In this document: positions 39,257 through 47,525 of the stretch, one piece after another | How positions within the stretch are numbered: the first letter of the stretch is position 1 | How the letters are laid out: each line of letters opens with the position of its first letter | NCBI GenBank assembly: GCA_964521295.1 | Contig: CAZFRF010000001.1 | Span: 140,675 to 204,674 of the forward strand | DNA from: an uncultured Gammaproteobacteria bacterium | Lineage (GTDB): Bacteria; Patescibacteriota; Microgenomatia; Levybacterales; UBA12049 | Direction: 5' to 3' | Length of the DNA stretch: 64,000 bases | Program-made: the position numbers and the translations under genes | The notes under the pieces: generated by a model | What the model was told of the DNA's origin: nothing | Databases searched by the model: none | Seen by the model: the letters and a program-made list of their open reading frames with translations, nothing else

Positions 39257-40783
39257 TTACCAAATCTTGAAGCTCTTTAATAGTTTCTTGAGTTGTTCAT
39301 TGTTATCCTCGCTTTTTTGAATAACAAAAGTTTGATTTGTTAATCTTCTATTTTTATTTAAAGCAAATAAATATATCTCACTATTTGGCCCTAGAACTCT
39401 TATGTAACTAAAGTTATTTCTGTACTTCCCTATCTCTTTCTCATATCCTTTGCAGTCTGTTACGCAGGTATAAATATAGAAATTATATTTATCTTTATAT
39501 AACTCTAAATTTGTTGTTTTAGTTACTTCCCAGTTAATTAAAAATGGATACCACAATAAATCAGTATCAATAACATCTCCGCTATTGATTCCAATCTTTT
39601 CATATCTTGGAATAAAACTTGCAACCTTTTGCGCTAGATTATATCTATATACATTTGCTCTATTTTGATTGTTTTTAATAATTGAAATTCCAATTAGATA
39701 AATAACTGAAAACAGAAAAATAAGTAAGATGAATAAATATTTTTTGTCTTCTATTAATTTAAAGATAAATAAGGAGAAGTTAAACGTTATAAAAGGAATA
39801 AAATAATAGATTAAATAGTAATGCGTATATGACGCCTGCATATATAAAAAGACGTGAATGATTGGAAAGATAAGTAAAGCAAGGAGTATGGAATTTTGTT
39901 TAGATAATTTTTTAAACCTTGTTTTAAATATCTGAAAAAGTGAAATTAAAATTATTAAAGGATTAAAATAAATAAGTATTCTGGTAAAAAGAGTTGTAAT
40001 CCAAACAACAGGCCAAAGTTTTAAATCTAAAAGCCCCGTAAATCCTCTATGAAGTAGAGCAAATCTTAAATCACTAAAGCCATTATTGAATACATAAATA
40101 TAAATTAAAGAAAATATTAAAACAACTAAAGTTGTAAACACTAAATACAACCAAGGTTTAATATTTTTATATGTTTTAAATATAGGAAAAAGTGCAAAGA
40201 CAAAAATAATAGTTGGCCAGTCGCTCAAGAGTCCCAGGATAAGTGAAACGATACTTAATATTAAATATATTTTTCTTTTAGTAGTTAAAAAATCTAAACT
40301 AAAATTTAATGTTAATAGGCAAAAGAAAAGAACTAATGCTTCTTGACCAATCATTTTGCCAAAAAGACTACTTGCTGGGATAAGTGAATAGATAAATACA
40401 GAAATAATTGCTAATTTTTGTTTATTAAATATTTTTAATGCCAGTTTGTATATTAAAAATAAAGAACCCAAAGAATATAAAATGACAGTCAGTCTTCCTA
40501 CCCAAAATTGTTCTCCGAATATTTTAAAAAGCAATGATTCAGAAAATGACAAAAATGTCGGATGGTGAAAAAAGTAGCTTGGATTTTGAGGGAAAGTACT
40601 ACTTACTGATATTAGCGGAGTTAGTTTTGTTTCTAAGTACCCAAATTGATTAAAATTATGAGCAATTAAGGAATAGACAGTAAAATTAGTAGCGTTTGGC
40701 CCAACAAAAGGAAGATTAATGTCTTTAAAAATAAATAGCGAGAAAAAAAGAAATGCAATAATAATTAATAACTTCTGCTTCAT
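39257..40783 (-). CDS. GT-C (ArnT/PMT-like) membrane glycosyltransferase
   Basis: YFFHHP, FG...W.GR, many TM helices. Confidence 0.75.
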   Translation of the reverse strand: MKQKLLIIIAFLFFSLFIFKDINLPFVGPNATNFTVYSLIAHNFNQFGYLETKLTPLISVSSTFPQNPSYFFHHPTFLSFSESLLFKIFGEQFWVGRLTVILYSLGSLFLIYKLALKIFNKQKLAIISVFIYSLIPASSLFGKMIGQEALVLFFCLLTLNFSLDFLTTKRKIYLILSIVSLILGLLSDWPTIIFVFALFPIFKTYKNIKPWLYLVFTTLVVLIFSLIYIYVFNNGFSDLRFALLHRGFTGLLDLKLWPVVWITTLFTRILIYFNPLIILISLFQIFKTRFKKLSKQNSILLALLIFPIIHVFLYMQASYTHYYLIYYFIPFITFNFSLFIFKLIEDKKYLFILLIFLFSVIYLIGISIIKNNQNRANVYRYNLAQKVASFIPRYEKIGINSGDVIDTDLLWYPFLINWEVTKTTNLELYKDKYNFYIYTCVTDCKGYEKEIGKYRNNFSYIRVLGPNSEIYLFALNKNRRLTNQTFVIQKSEDNNEQLKKLLKSFKIW

Positions 40784-40853
40784 AAATTTAAAACATCATA
40801 GCAAAACAATATTCTTGCTTCAAGGAATTTAAAAATTTAGTAAAATATTTCTT

Positions 40854-41813
40854 GTGAAGAAAATTATCTTTTCCATCTTTGTAATAGTAACTCTTCTTTT
40901 TTCCTTTTTATATTTTGTATTTTTTACAGATTCAAAAAACGAATCTACAGTTGTTTCTCCTGTTCCTGATTTTTTAAGCATTCTAAATAATAAACAAGTT
41001 TCCACCTTGTCTTTATGGCTGCCTGCTCTAGAGACAATATTTTTTTCAAGCTCTAAGGTTCCAGAAGTTAGTGCTAAAGCTGCCTTAATTTATGACATAA
41101 CCAACAAAAAAGTAATTTATGAGAAAAACCCCAAAGAAAAATTACCCATGGCCTCGCTTACAAAAATAATGACAGCAATCGTTGCTTTGGAAAATCCCAG
41201 AAAGGATGATAGGTATTTAGTAAAATCTGAAGATTTGGTTGGTGAAGATTCGATGGGACTTACTGTAAATGAAGAATTAAATCTTGAAGAGCTATTGTAC
41301 GGAATGATTTTGCATAGTGGAAACGATGCCGCTGAAGTACTTGCCTCTAATTATAATAATGGACGCATAGCTTTTATTAAGGCTATGAATGATAAGGCAA
41401 AATCTTTAGGGCTTAAAGATACTAATTTTACAAATCCATCCGGACTTGAAGGAGATGGAGATCAATATACTACTACTTATGATTTAATGGTCATTACTAG
41501 ATATGCTTTGGTTAATTTTCCTCTTTTTGCAAAAGTATCGGCAACTTTTGAACAAACTATTCCCCAAACAGAAACCCATAAAGCTTTTTTTCTTGAAAAT
41601 GAAACAAATTTAATTTCTAGCTATCCAGGCGTTAAAGGTGTTAAAACCGGATTTACTCCTGAAGCTGGATATTGCTTAGTTACCTACCTAGATTATAAAG
41701 GCAATAAGTTGATTGGGGTTTTGCTTGGTAGTGAAAATAGAAGACAAGAAATGAAAGATTTATTGGATTATTCCTTAAAATCCTTAGGCATTACTCCCCC
41801 AGCTCACTTGTAG
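40854..41813 (+). CDS. D-alanyl-D-alanine carboxypeptidase (S11)
   Basis: ASLTK, SGN, KTG motifs. Confidence 0.92.
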   Translation: MKKIIFSIFVIVTLLFSFLYFVFFTDSKNESTVVSPVPDFLSILNNKQVSTLSLWLPALETIFFSSSKVPEVSAKAALIYDITNKKVIYEKNPKEKLPMASLTKIMTAIVALENPRKDDRYLVKSEDLVGEDSMGLTVNEELNLEELLYGMILHSGNDAAEVLASNYNNGRIAFIKAMNDKAKSLGLKDTNFTNPSGLEGDGDQYTTTYDLMVITRYALVNFPLFAKVSATFEQTIPQTETHKAFFLENETNLISSYPGVKGVKTGFTPEAGYCLVTYLDYKGNKLIGVLLGSENRRQEMKDLLDYSLKSLGITPPAHL

Positions 41814-41907
41814 CTAGTTATTGAATATATTAGCTTTGTAGAGTAAAATTAGAGTACGTCAGTCTCGACCAACTTGTCCCACGTTTACGTGGGTCGAGTC
41901 TAGACGA

Positions 41908-41995
41908 GCCGTGGTGGTGGAATGGCAGACACGAGGGCCTTAAGAGCCTTTGTCTTTAATAGGACGTGAGAGTTCGACTCTCTCCCGCGGCACCA
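41908..41995 (+). tRNA. tRNA-Leu(TAA), CCA encoded
   Basis: AGGGC-CTTAAGA-GCCTT. Confidence 0.93.
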
Positions 41996-42009
41996 CATCT
42001 TTTATTTTT

Positions 42010-42082
42010 CGGGGAGTGGCTCAGTTGGTAGAGCGCGCGGTTTGGGACCGTGAGGTCGGAGGTTCGAGTCCTCTTTCCCCGA
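42010..42082 (+). tRNA. tRNA-Pro(TGG)
   Basis: CGCGG-TTTGGGA-CCGTG; C1-G72. Confidence 0.95.
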
Positions 42083-42084
42083 CA

Positions 42085-42444
42085 TTATTTCTTGAAATAC
42101 TTTTTGGCTTCATTTAAATCTTGATTCATTTGTTCGATTAATTCTTTTTCAGATTTAAACTTTATATTAACTCGTATTTTTTTAATCAGTAAAAGTGAAA
42201 TATACTTTCCATAAACTGATTTATTAAAATCCAATATATATGTTTCAGCTTTTACTTTTGTTTCATTAAAGGTTGTGGCATTGCCAATAAAAGTTAAAGA
42301 ATTATATTTTTTACCATTGATCTTAGTTTGCGAAATATATATTCCTTGCTCTATATTTTTATTTAGCTTAGTGTTTGCAGTTGGGTATCCAAATGCTCTT
42401 CCCCTACTATTTCCTTTCCTTACTTTTCCTCTTAATTTAATCAT
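42085..42444 (-). CDS. Stand-alone riboflavin kinase domain
   Basis: G..RGR..GYPTAN, ETYILDF, IR...KF. Confidence 0.88.
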   Translation of the reverse strand: MIKLRGKVRKGNSRGRAFGYPTANTKLNKNIEQGIYISQTKINGKKYNSLTFIGNATTFNETKVKAETYILDFNKSVYGKYISLLLIKKIRVNIKFKSEKELIEQMNQDLNEAKKYFKK

Positions 42445-42944
42445 CTTAAAAATCTAGCGACACTTCTTTTGGCATCAGCAATGTCGTAATAGGCACAAAG
42501 CTTAAATTGAGGGTCTATCACTCCTTTGACCATTGCCGATAAGGTTTGTAAGTTGTCATGATGGACTAAAGTTAGAATTGGAGTAAGATTAAGACCTCTT
42601 TCGGGTTTTGACAACGCTCTTTCAAGTTCCATTCCTACCCCTATACTTGGTCCATCAACAACTGCAACAAGATGAGTTGCTTCATCAACCCATTGTAAAT
42701 CCATTTTTCGATACGCTTGGTCTCTTTCAAGTTCGGTTGTTGGAAAAAGTCCTGAGTTTTCTAGAAACTTATTTAATCTTTCCGTAGGATCTTTAATGAC
42801 TACATGTTCATCGAGTACAGTTGCTCCGCCTACTTGCATTGCCTTAACTAGTTGTGGTCCTAAATCAGGATTTGTAACTTGACCCCTTACTCCAACTGAA
42901 AAATATACTTTTTTCCCCTCAAATGGTAATTCTGGGTTTGCCAT
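42441..42944 (-). CDS. Nucleoside 2-deoxyribosyltransferase/DNPH1-like protein
   Basis: VYFS..VRG, DLQWV, PSIGVGME, LSAMVKG. Confidence 0.7.
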   Translation of the reverse strand: MANPELPFEGKKVYFSVGVRGQVTNPDLGPQLVKAMQVGGATVLDEHVVIKDPTERLNKFLENSGLFPTTELERDQAYRKMDLQWVDEATHLVAVVDGPSIGVGMELERALSKPERGLNLTPILTLVHHDNLQTLSAMVKGVIDPQFKLCAYYDIADAKRSVARFLR

Positions 42945-43023
42945 GTTTTGAATAATAATGTTTTTAAGCTATTTTTGCAATAAAGTTGAGCAATCTAAAA
43001 AGTTTTAGTATAATTAACTAGTT

Positions 43024-43094
43024 GCGGGTGTAGTTCAATGGTAGAACACAACTTTTCCAAAGTTGATACGAGAGTTCGATTCTCTTCACCCGCT
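43024..43094 (+). tRNA. tRNA-Gly(TCC)
   Basis: CAACT-TTTCCAA-AGTTG. Confidence 0.95.
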
Positions 43095-43927
43095 CATATT
43101 ATTGATAAGGTAATTCTAATCGCCTCGTAGAATCCAAATATTCCAATACCTAGAAAAGCTAATCCTCCACCAATTAAAACTATTGGATGTTTAACAATTT
43201 TTAATGTAATTTTAGGAATTAAAAATAAGCCTATTGTCAAAAGCATATGGCCAAACATTACTCCAAGTGTAAAACCAAAAACATTAACATGTCCAAATAC
43301 TGGAATATATCCAGCAAAATCATTAATTCCCAAGACAAACGGAATAGTGAAAGAAAAAATAATAAGATTTATAAAAGATAGCTTTTTAGTTCTCGTTAAA
43401 TTTAAATCAGGAACAAAAAATTTAAGTAATGGTCTAAATAAATTATTTACCAAATCTAATTGGTTTTGCAAAAGGTTAACAGGCATTCTAATTTTAATAA
43501 AACTCTTTTTTTGTTTTAAGAATAATTCAAAACTTTCTTCAGATAGTTTAAGAAGAATTATGCTTGATAGAAGGATTGAAAGAATCATTAAGATATGGAT
43601 TTCTTTAAATAGTGTCCAAGCTATTAGTACGAGAAATGTTCCAAAGGCATTACCTATCGAGGTGCCAATTGCGATTGCAATTTTTTTCTTCCAGCCAGGA
43701 TTAGTATGCATCAGATTGCCCATAAAAATTGCAAAATCTATAGCAGTTTTTAAAAAGATTAAAATTCCGAATAGAAGTTCTCTTTTACGAAAATCTAAAA
43801 TTATTGGGAATTGAAGATTTAATGAGTCTAGGATAAGTAGTACTCCGTATAAACATGTCGAGAGAATAAAAAAAGTAAAAAAACTTAAAAGTACAGGAAT
43901 AAACTTTTCAATAATATGTTTATGCAT
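43094..43927 (-). CDS. Hypothetical multi-pass membrane protein (possibly CadD/LysE-like)
   Basis: About 7 hydrophobic segments; AIDF and NDFAGY. Confidence 0.65.
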   Translation of the reverse strand: MHKHIIEKFIPVLLSFFTFFILSTCLYGVLLILDSLNLQFPIILDFRKRELLFGILIFLKTAIDFAIFMGNLMHTNPGWKKKIAIAIGTSIGNAFGTFLVLIAWTLFKEIHILMILSILLSSIILLKLSEESFELFLKQKKSFIKIRMPVNLLQNQLDLVNNLFRPLLKFFVPDLNLTRTKKLSFINLIIFSFTIPFVLGINDFAGYIPVFGHVNVFGFTLGVMFGHMLLTIGLFLIPKITLKIVKHPIVLIGGGLAFLGIGIFGFYEAIRITLSII

Positions 43928-43990
43928 TTATATTTGGATAAATTCAACTTGATTATACAACAAAAGGCAAAAAAGTAGTAAAATATTTGG

Positions 43991-44920
43991 GTGGAAATAT
44001 TATCTATAGTTTTAATTATTGCAGGGCTGGTTTTATTCGAAGTAATTTCGAGTATCGACAACGCCATTATTAACGCTGAAGTCCTTTCTACGATGAAGGC
44101 AAAGGCAAGGCGTTGGTTTCTTTTTTGGGGAATACTGTCTTCAGTTTTTCTAGTTAGAGGCTTACTTCCTTGGCTTATTGTTTGGGTAGTTAATCCAGGT
44201 CTTGGACCAATTGGTGCTTTAATGGCTTCGTTTAGTAGTGATCCTGCTGTCGTTGAATCAATTGAAAGATCTGCTCCAATTCTTTTAATAGGAGGAGGGG
44301 TATTTTTACTTTTCCTCTTTTTACATTGGTTTTTCGTTGAGCCAAAACATTATGGACTTAGAGGTGAGGCATTTGTTCATAGGCATGGTGTTTGGTTTTA
44401 TGCGGTAGTTTCTGTACTTCTTACTGTAATTGTTTGGGCAGCTTTGCAAAAAGATCCCAATCTGGCTTTAGGTGCAGTTGTTGGTTCAACTGTCTTTTTT
44501 ATTACAAATGGATTTAAGCAAAACGCTGAAGAGCAAGAGAAAAAACTAATGGGATCAGGTAAATCTGATATTGCTAAAATATTCTATCTTGAAGCAATTG
44601 ATGCAACTTTTTCCATAGATGGAGTTTTAGGTGCATTTGCCTTTACCTTAATAGTTCCGTTAATTTTTCTTGGAAATGGAATCGGAGCAATAGTTGTAAG
44701 ACAAATTACAATTTCAAATATAGATAGGATTAAAAAGTATATTTATCTCAAAAACGGAGCTATGTATTCTATACTTTTCTTAGGAGCAATAATGCTTGTA
44801 GATAGCTTTGGATATCATATTCCAAGTTGGTTCTCCCCTGTTACTACTTTCGCAATTGTCGGCTATTTCTTCTTTAAATCTAAAAGATTTGCCAACATGG
44901 CAGGCTTAGACTCGAAATAA
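43991..44920 (+). CDS. TerC-family (DUF475) membrane protein
   Basis: SIDNAIINA and LEAIDATFSIDGV. Confidence 0.85.
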   Translation: MEILSIVLIIAGLVLFEVISSIDNAIINAEVLSTMKAKARRWFLFWGILSSVFLVRGLLPWLIVWVVNPGLGPIGALMASFSSDPAVVESIERSAPILLIGGGVFLLFLFLHWFFVEPKHYGLRGEAFVHRHGVWFYAVVSVLLTVIVWAALQKDPNLALGAVVGSTVFFITNGFKQNAEEQEKKLMGSGKSDIAKIFYLEAIDATFSIDGVLGAFAFTLIVPLIFLGNGIGAIVVRQITISNIDRIKKYIYLKNGAMYSILFLGAIMLVDSFGYHIPSWFSPVTTFAIVGYFFFKSKRFANMAGLDSK

Positions 44921-44949
44921 TTTAGGTTTTTTGGTAAAATACACGTATT

Positions 44950-45022
44950 GGCCCGGTAGCTCAACGGATAGAGCGAGTGCGTTCTAAGCACCAGGTTGGG
45001 GGTTCGATTCCCTCCCGGGTCA
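44950..45022 (+). tRNA. tRNA-Arg(TCT)
   Basis: GTGC-GTTCTAA-GCAC; G32 and A27-C43 mismatch. Confidence 0.88.
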
Positions 45023-45027
45023 CATTT

Positions 45028-46116
45028 TTATCTTTTCCCCTCTTTTTCAATAAATTCTTTTAGTACTTTATAAAAGAGATTTAAACTTTTTATATCAATC
45101 CACTCTTTTTCACTATGTAAATTACCTCCCTTTGGTCTAGTTAAAATTACAGGAATATTTTTTTCTACGAAAAATCTAGCGTCTGATGAGCCATGCGAAT
45201 TGATAAATCCAGTTTTTATTTTATTTTTAGATAAAATTTCTAAAAAAGATTTTAAAAATTTATCACTTTTATCGATTTTATAACTTACACCTTTAGTTTT
45301 AATTTCAATATCAATATTTTTAAATTTTCTCTTAATATTCTTAATCCTTTTAAAAACTTCTTTAAAATTAGTATCAGGTGTAAATCTAATGTCTATCCCC
45401 GCTTCAGCATAATTAGGAACTTGATTGGTAGCATTGCCACCAGAAATCTTACCAATATTTAAGGTTGTGTGATAATGTTTCGGATCATTGCATGGTTCAT
45501 TATTGAATTCATTTCTTAGGTCTAAAAGAAAGTCTGTCAAATTATTGATAGCATTCTTGCCAAGCCATACTCTTGCTCCATGAGCTGAAATTCCTTTACT
45601 TTTAACAACAATTGAGATTGCGCCTTTAGCACTTTCTTCAATTGTCCAATTTTCTCCCCCATCAGGAATAATTGCTAATTTAGACGAGTAACCACTTTCA
45701 AGTATTTTACTTGTACCATTGAATCCTCCAATTTCTTCATCGCTAACAAGCATAATTCCGAAGTCATATTGTTTTAAATTTTTATTTATATCTTTTAATA
45801 GAAAAATATAGCTAGCTACTGCAAATTTCATATCAAATACTCCTCTACCAATTAATTTATTACCTATAATTTTTGGAGCAAACATTTTATCTGATCCAGC
45901 AACTACATCGACGTGACCATTCAGCCAGATTTTCGGAGTTTTGGTTTTACGAGTTGTTATTAAAAGAGCTGAGTGATTATTTGATTTAAATAAAGTTGTA
46001 AATACTGGTAAATTGCTAATTTCATTTTTTATCCATAACAAAGCTTTCTCATTTTCATGAGTATCATTAGTTATAGTTTTAAATTCAACTAGTGTTTTTA
46101 ATAAATCATCTAACAT
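45028..46116 (-). CDS. M20-family (ArgE/DapE-like) metallopeptidase
   Basis: NGHVDVV, GRGVFDMK, DEEIGG, SAHG, SDARF, LHSEKE. Confidence 0.9.
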   Translation of the reverse strand: MLDDLLKTLVEFKTITNDTHENEKALLWIKNEISNLPVFTTLFKSNNHSALLITTRKTKTPKIWLNGHVDVVAGSDKMFAPKIIGNKLIGRGVFDMKFAVASYIFLLKDINKNLKQYDFGIMLVSDEEIGGFNGTSKILESGYSSKLAIIPDGGENWTIEESAKGAISIVVKSKGISAHGARVWLGKNAINNLTDFLLDLRNEFNNEPCNDPKHYHTTLNIGKISGGNATNQVPNYAEAGIDIRFTPDTNFKEVFKRIKNIKRKFKNIDIEIKTKGVSYKIDKSDKFLKSFLEILSKNKIKTGFINSHGSSDARFFVEKNIPVILTRPKGGNLHSEKEWIDIKSLNLFYKVLKEFIEKEGKR

Positions 46117-46117
46117 A

Positions 46118-47080
46118 TTAAGTTTTCACCACAACTGGACCAGAGAGTGAATCTCCTGCACCGTGAATCTTTAAATTATATCTCGCATTCCATGATCCAC
46201 CTAAACACTCCCACTCAGTTGTGTTTGTATTATATCCAAAGAAAACTCTATATATCATCCACTTAAATTCATCTGATATCCCACTTTCCATAGGTGGGAA
46301 AAAACTCTGGCAATATACTCCACCTGATTCTAAACCGTCTTTTACTGCTTGCTCAATTCTTCCTCTTGAGGATGCGCCCGGTGGCCTTTTACTACCTGGT
46401 CCAGGAACATAGATAAACACATCTCTGGTTTTACTGCCTTGCAACGGTTTAATTACACATGCAGAATCAAAATCTATTTCTTCTGGTGTTGTAACTTTTT
46501 TCCATAATCCTAAGCCTTCTCCATAGCTCTTGTCCCCTTTTTTCTTTAAAGAACTAACGCTACGAGGTTCTAGGAAATGGTAGCCTGTCTCATCTGGTTC
46601 CGCGCGAACAAGGACAAGGTCTTCGGTATTTCCTTCTTCTAACCTATCAATCCATAAATGATCATCTGTTGCTTTTCTTCTGGGATCATCTGAGACAACA
46701 GATTTAAATACGGGCCAGGTAGTTCGGATTAAATCTAGTCTTTTTTGAAAATCTGGATTAAGAGCCCCAGTTAAACCAATACCAGATGGTCTTTCTTCGA
46801 CTTCATATATTCCCAAGGTATCATCTTGAACAGCACAATCTAGTCTGATGATTAAAGATGGAATGTTAAACTCTCTTTGTACAAATGTTTCTTCTTTAGG
46901 AAATATTTGTGTCCATCTATTTATTGCAGCTAAACTATCAGTAATATTTCTATCCGTAAATGGTCTTTCTTGGGGTAATACTTTAATATTCCATCCTCCA
47001 ATCACCATATCCTGAAATCCTAAGTTACTAGGAGCATTAGGCGTAGTTAGTAATGGTGGTTCAAGTTCTTTCATAAACAT
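46118..47080 (-). CDS. Circularly permuted ATP-grasp-like ligase
   Basis: IRLD...IYEVEERPSG precedes VIKPLQGSKTRDV and YCQSF, the order seen in glutathionylspermidine-synthase-type permuted grasp folds. Confidence 0.6.
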   Translation of the reverse strand: MFMKELEPPLLTTPNAPSNLGFQDMVIGGWNIKVLPQERPFTDRNITDSLAAINRWTQIFPKEETFVQREFNIPSLIIRLDCAVQDDTLGIYEVEERPSGIGLTGALNPDFQKRLDLIRTTWPVFKSVVSDDPRRKATDDHLWIDRLEEGNTEDLVLVRAEPDETGYHFLEPRSVSSLKKKGDKSYGEGLGLWKKVTTPEEIDFDSACVIKPLQGSKTRDVFIYVPGPGSKRPPGASSRGRIEQAVKDGLESGGVYCQSFFPPMESGISDEFKWMIYRVFFGYNTNTTEWECLGGSWNARYNLKIHGAGDSLSGPVVVKT

Positions 47081-47163
47081 AAAAAAACCTCCCCTTTAGG
47101 GAGGTTTATCTCTTTTTAGCTTAAAATATATTAAGCCACAGAAATACCTCCCTTCTTAAGGAA
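47081..47163 (-). promoter_or_regulatory. Attenuator D2 (second of tandem pair)
   Basis: TTCCTT-AAG-AAGGGAGGT...ACCTCCCC-TAAA-GGGGAGG-T7-ATG. Confidence 0.8.
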
Positions 47164-47217
47164 GTGGTATGTAAACCAATATTGACAATTTGTTAAAATC
47201 ATTTGTTTCATAAACAT
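47131..47217 (-). CDS. Leader peptide MFMKQMILTNCQYWFTYHFLKKGGISVA
   Basis: Starts directly after the D1 U-tract; GGAGG of the terminator stem is positioned as SD. Confidence 0.65.
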   Translation of the reverse strand: MFMKQMILTNCQYWFTYHFLKKGGISVA

Positions 47218-47284
47218 AAAAAAACCTCCCATTTGGGAGGTATCAATTTGCCATTTGGCAACACAATTACCTCCCGTTAAGGAA
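47218..47284 (-). promoter_or_regulatory. Attenuator D1 (first of tandem pair)
   Basis: TTCC-TTAAC-GGGAGGT...ACCTCCC-AAAT-GGGAGG-T7-ATG. Confidence 0.8.
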
Positions 47285-47320
47285 AGTATAGTGCCAAAAT
47301 TTGCATAAATTTATTTTCAT
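47267..47320 (-). CDS. Leader peptide MKINLCKFWHYTFLNGR
   Basis: Behind TTGACA(47359-47354)-17-TAGAAT(47336-47331); ends NGR* like leader A. Confidence 0.68.
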   Translation of the reverse strand: MKINLCKFWHYTFLNGR

Positions 47321-47410
47321 CTTAAAGTCCATTCTAGCTATTTTTTATAGGATTGTCAAATATTCACAGAATATTCAGATTTTAGCTAAAATATAGTATA
47401 ATTAACGCAC

Positions 47411-47483
47411 GGTGGATGTAGCTCAGCAGCAGAGCGTCTGGTTGTGGTCCAGAAGGTGGCGGGGGCGGCACCCGTCTTCCACC
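47411..47483 (+). tRNA. tRNA-His(GTG) with G-1 and non-canonical D/T loops
   Basis: TCTGG-TTGTGGT-CCAGA; G-1:C73; T loop GGCGGCA. Confidence 0.88.
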
Positions 47484-47525
47484 CATAGGTGTGTAATTAA
47501 TTACACATATTGTTATAATCCACTT

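Noticed and set aside
47070-47290. Repeated units read as CRISPR array or IS ends
   Set aside because: Only two units, no regular repeat-spacer periodicity, no cas or transposase; explained as tandem attenuators.
47412-47525. N-terminal extension of the NUDIX ORF
   Set aside because: Overlaps tRNA-His; the real start is ATG 47526. Likewise the tig extension 18097-18147 overlaps tRNA-Leu.
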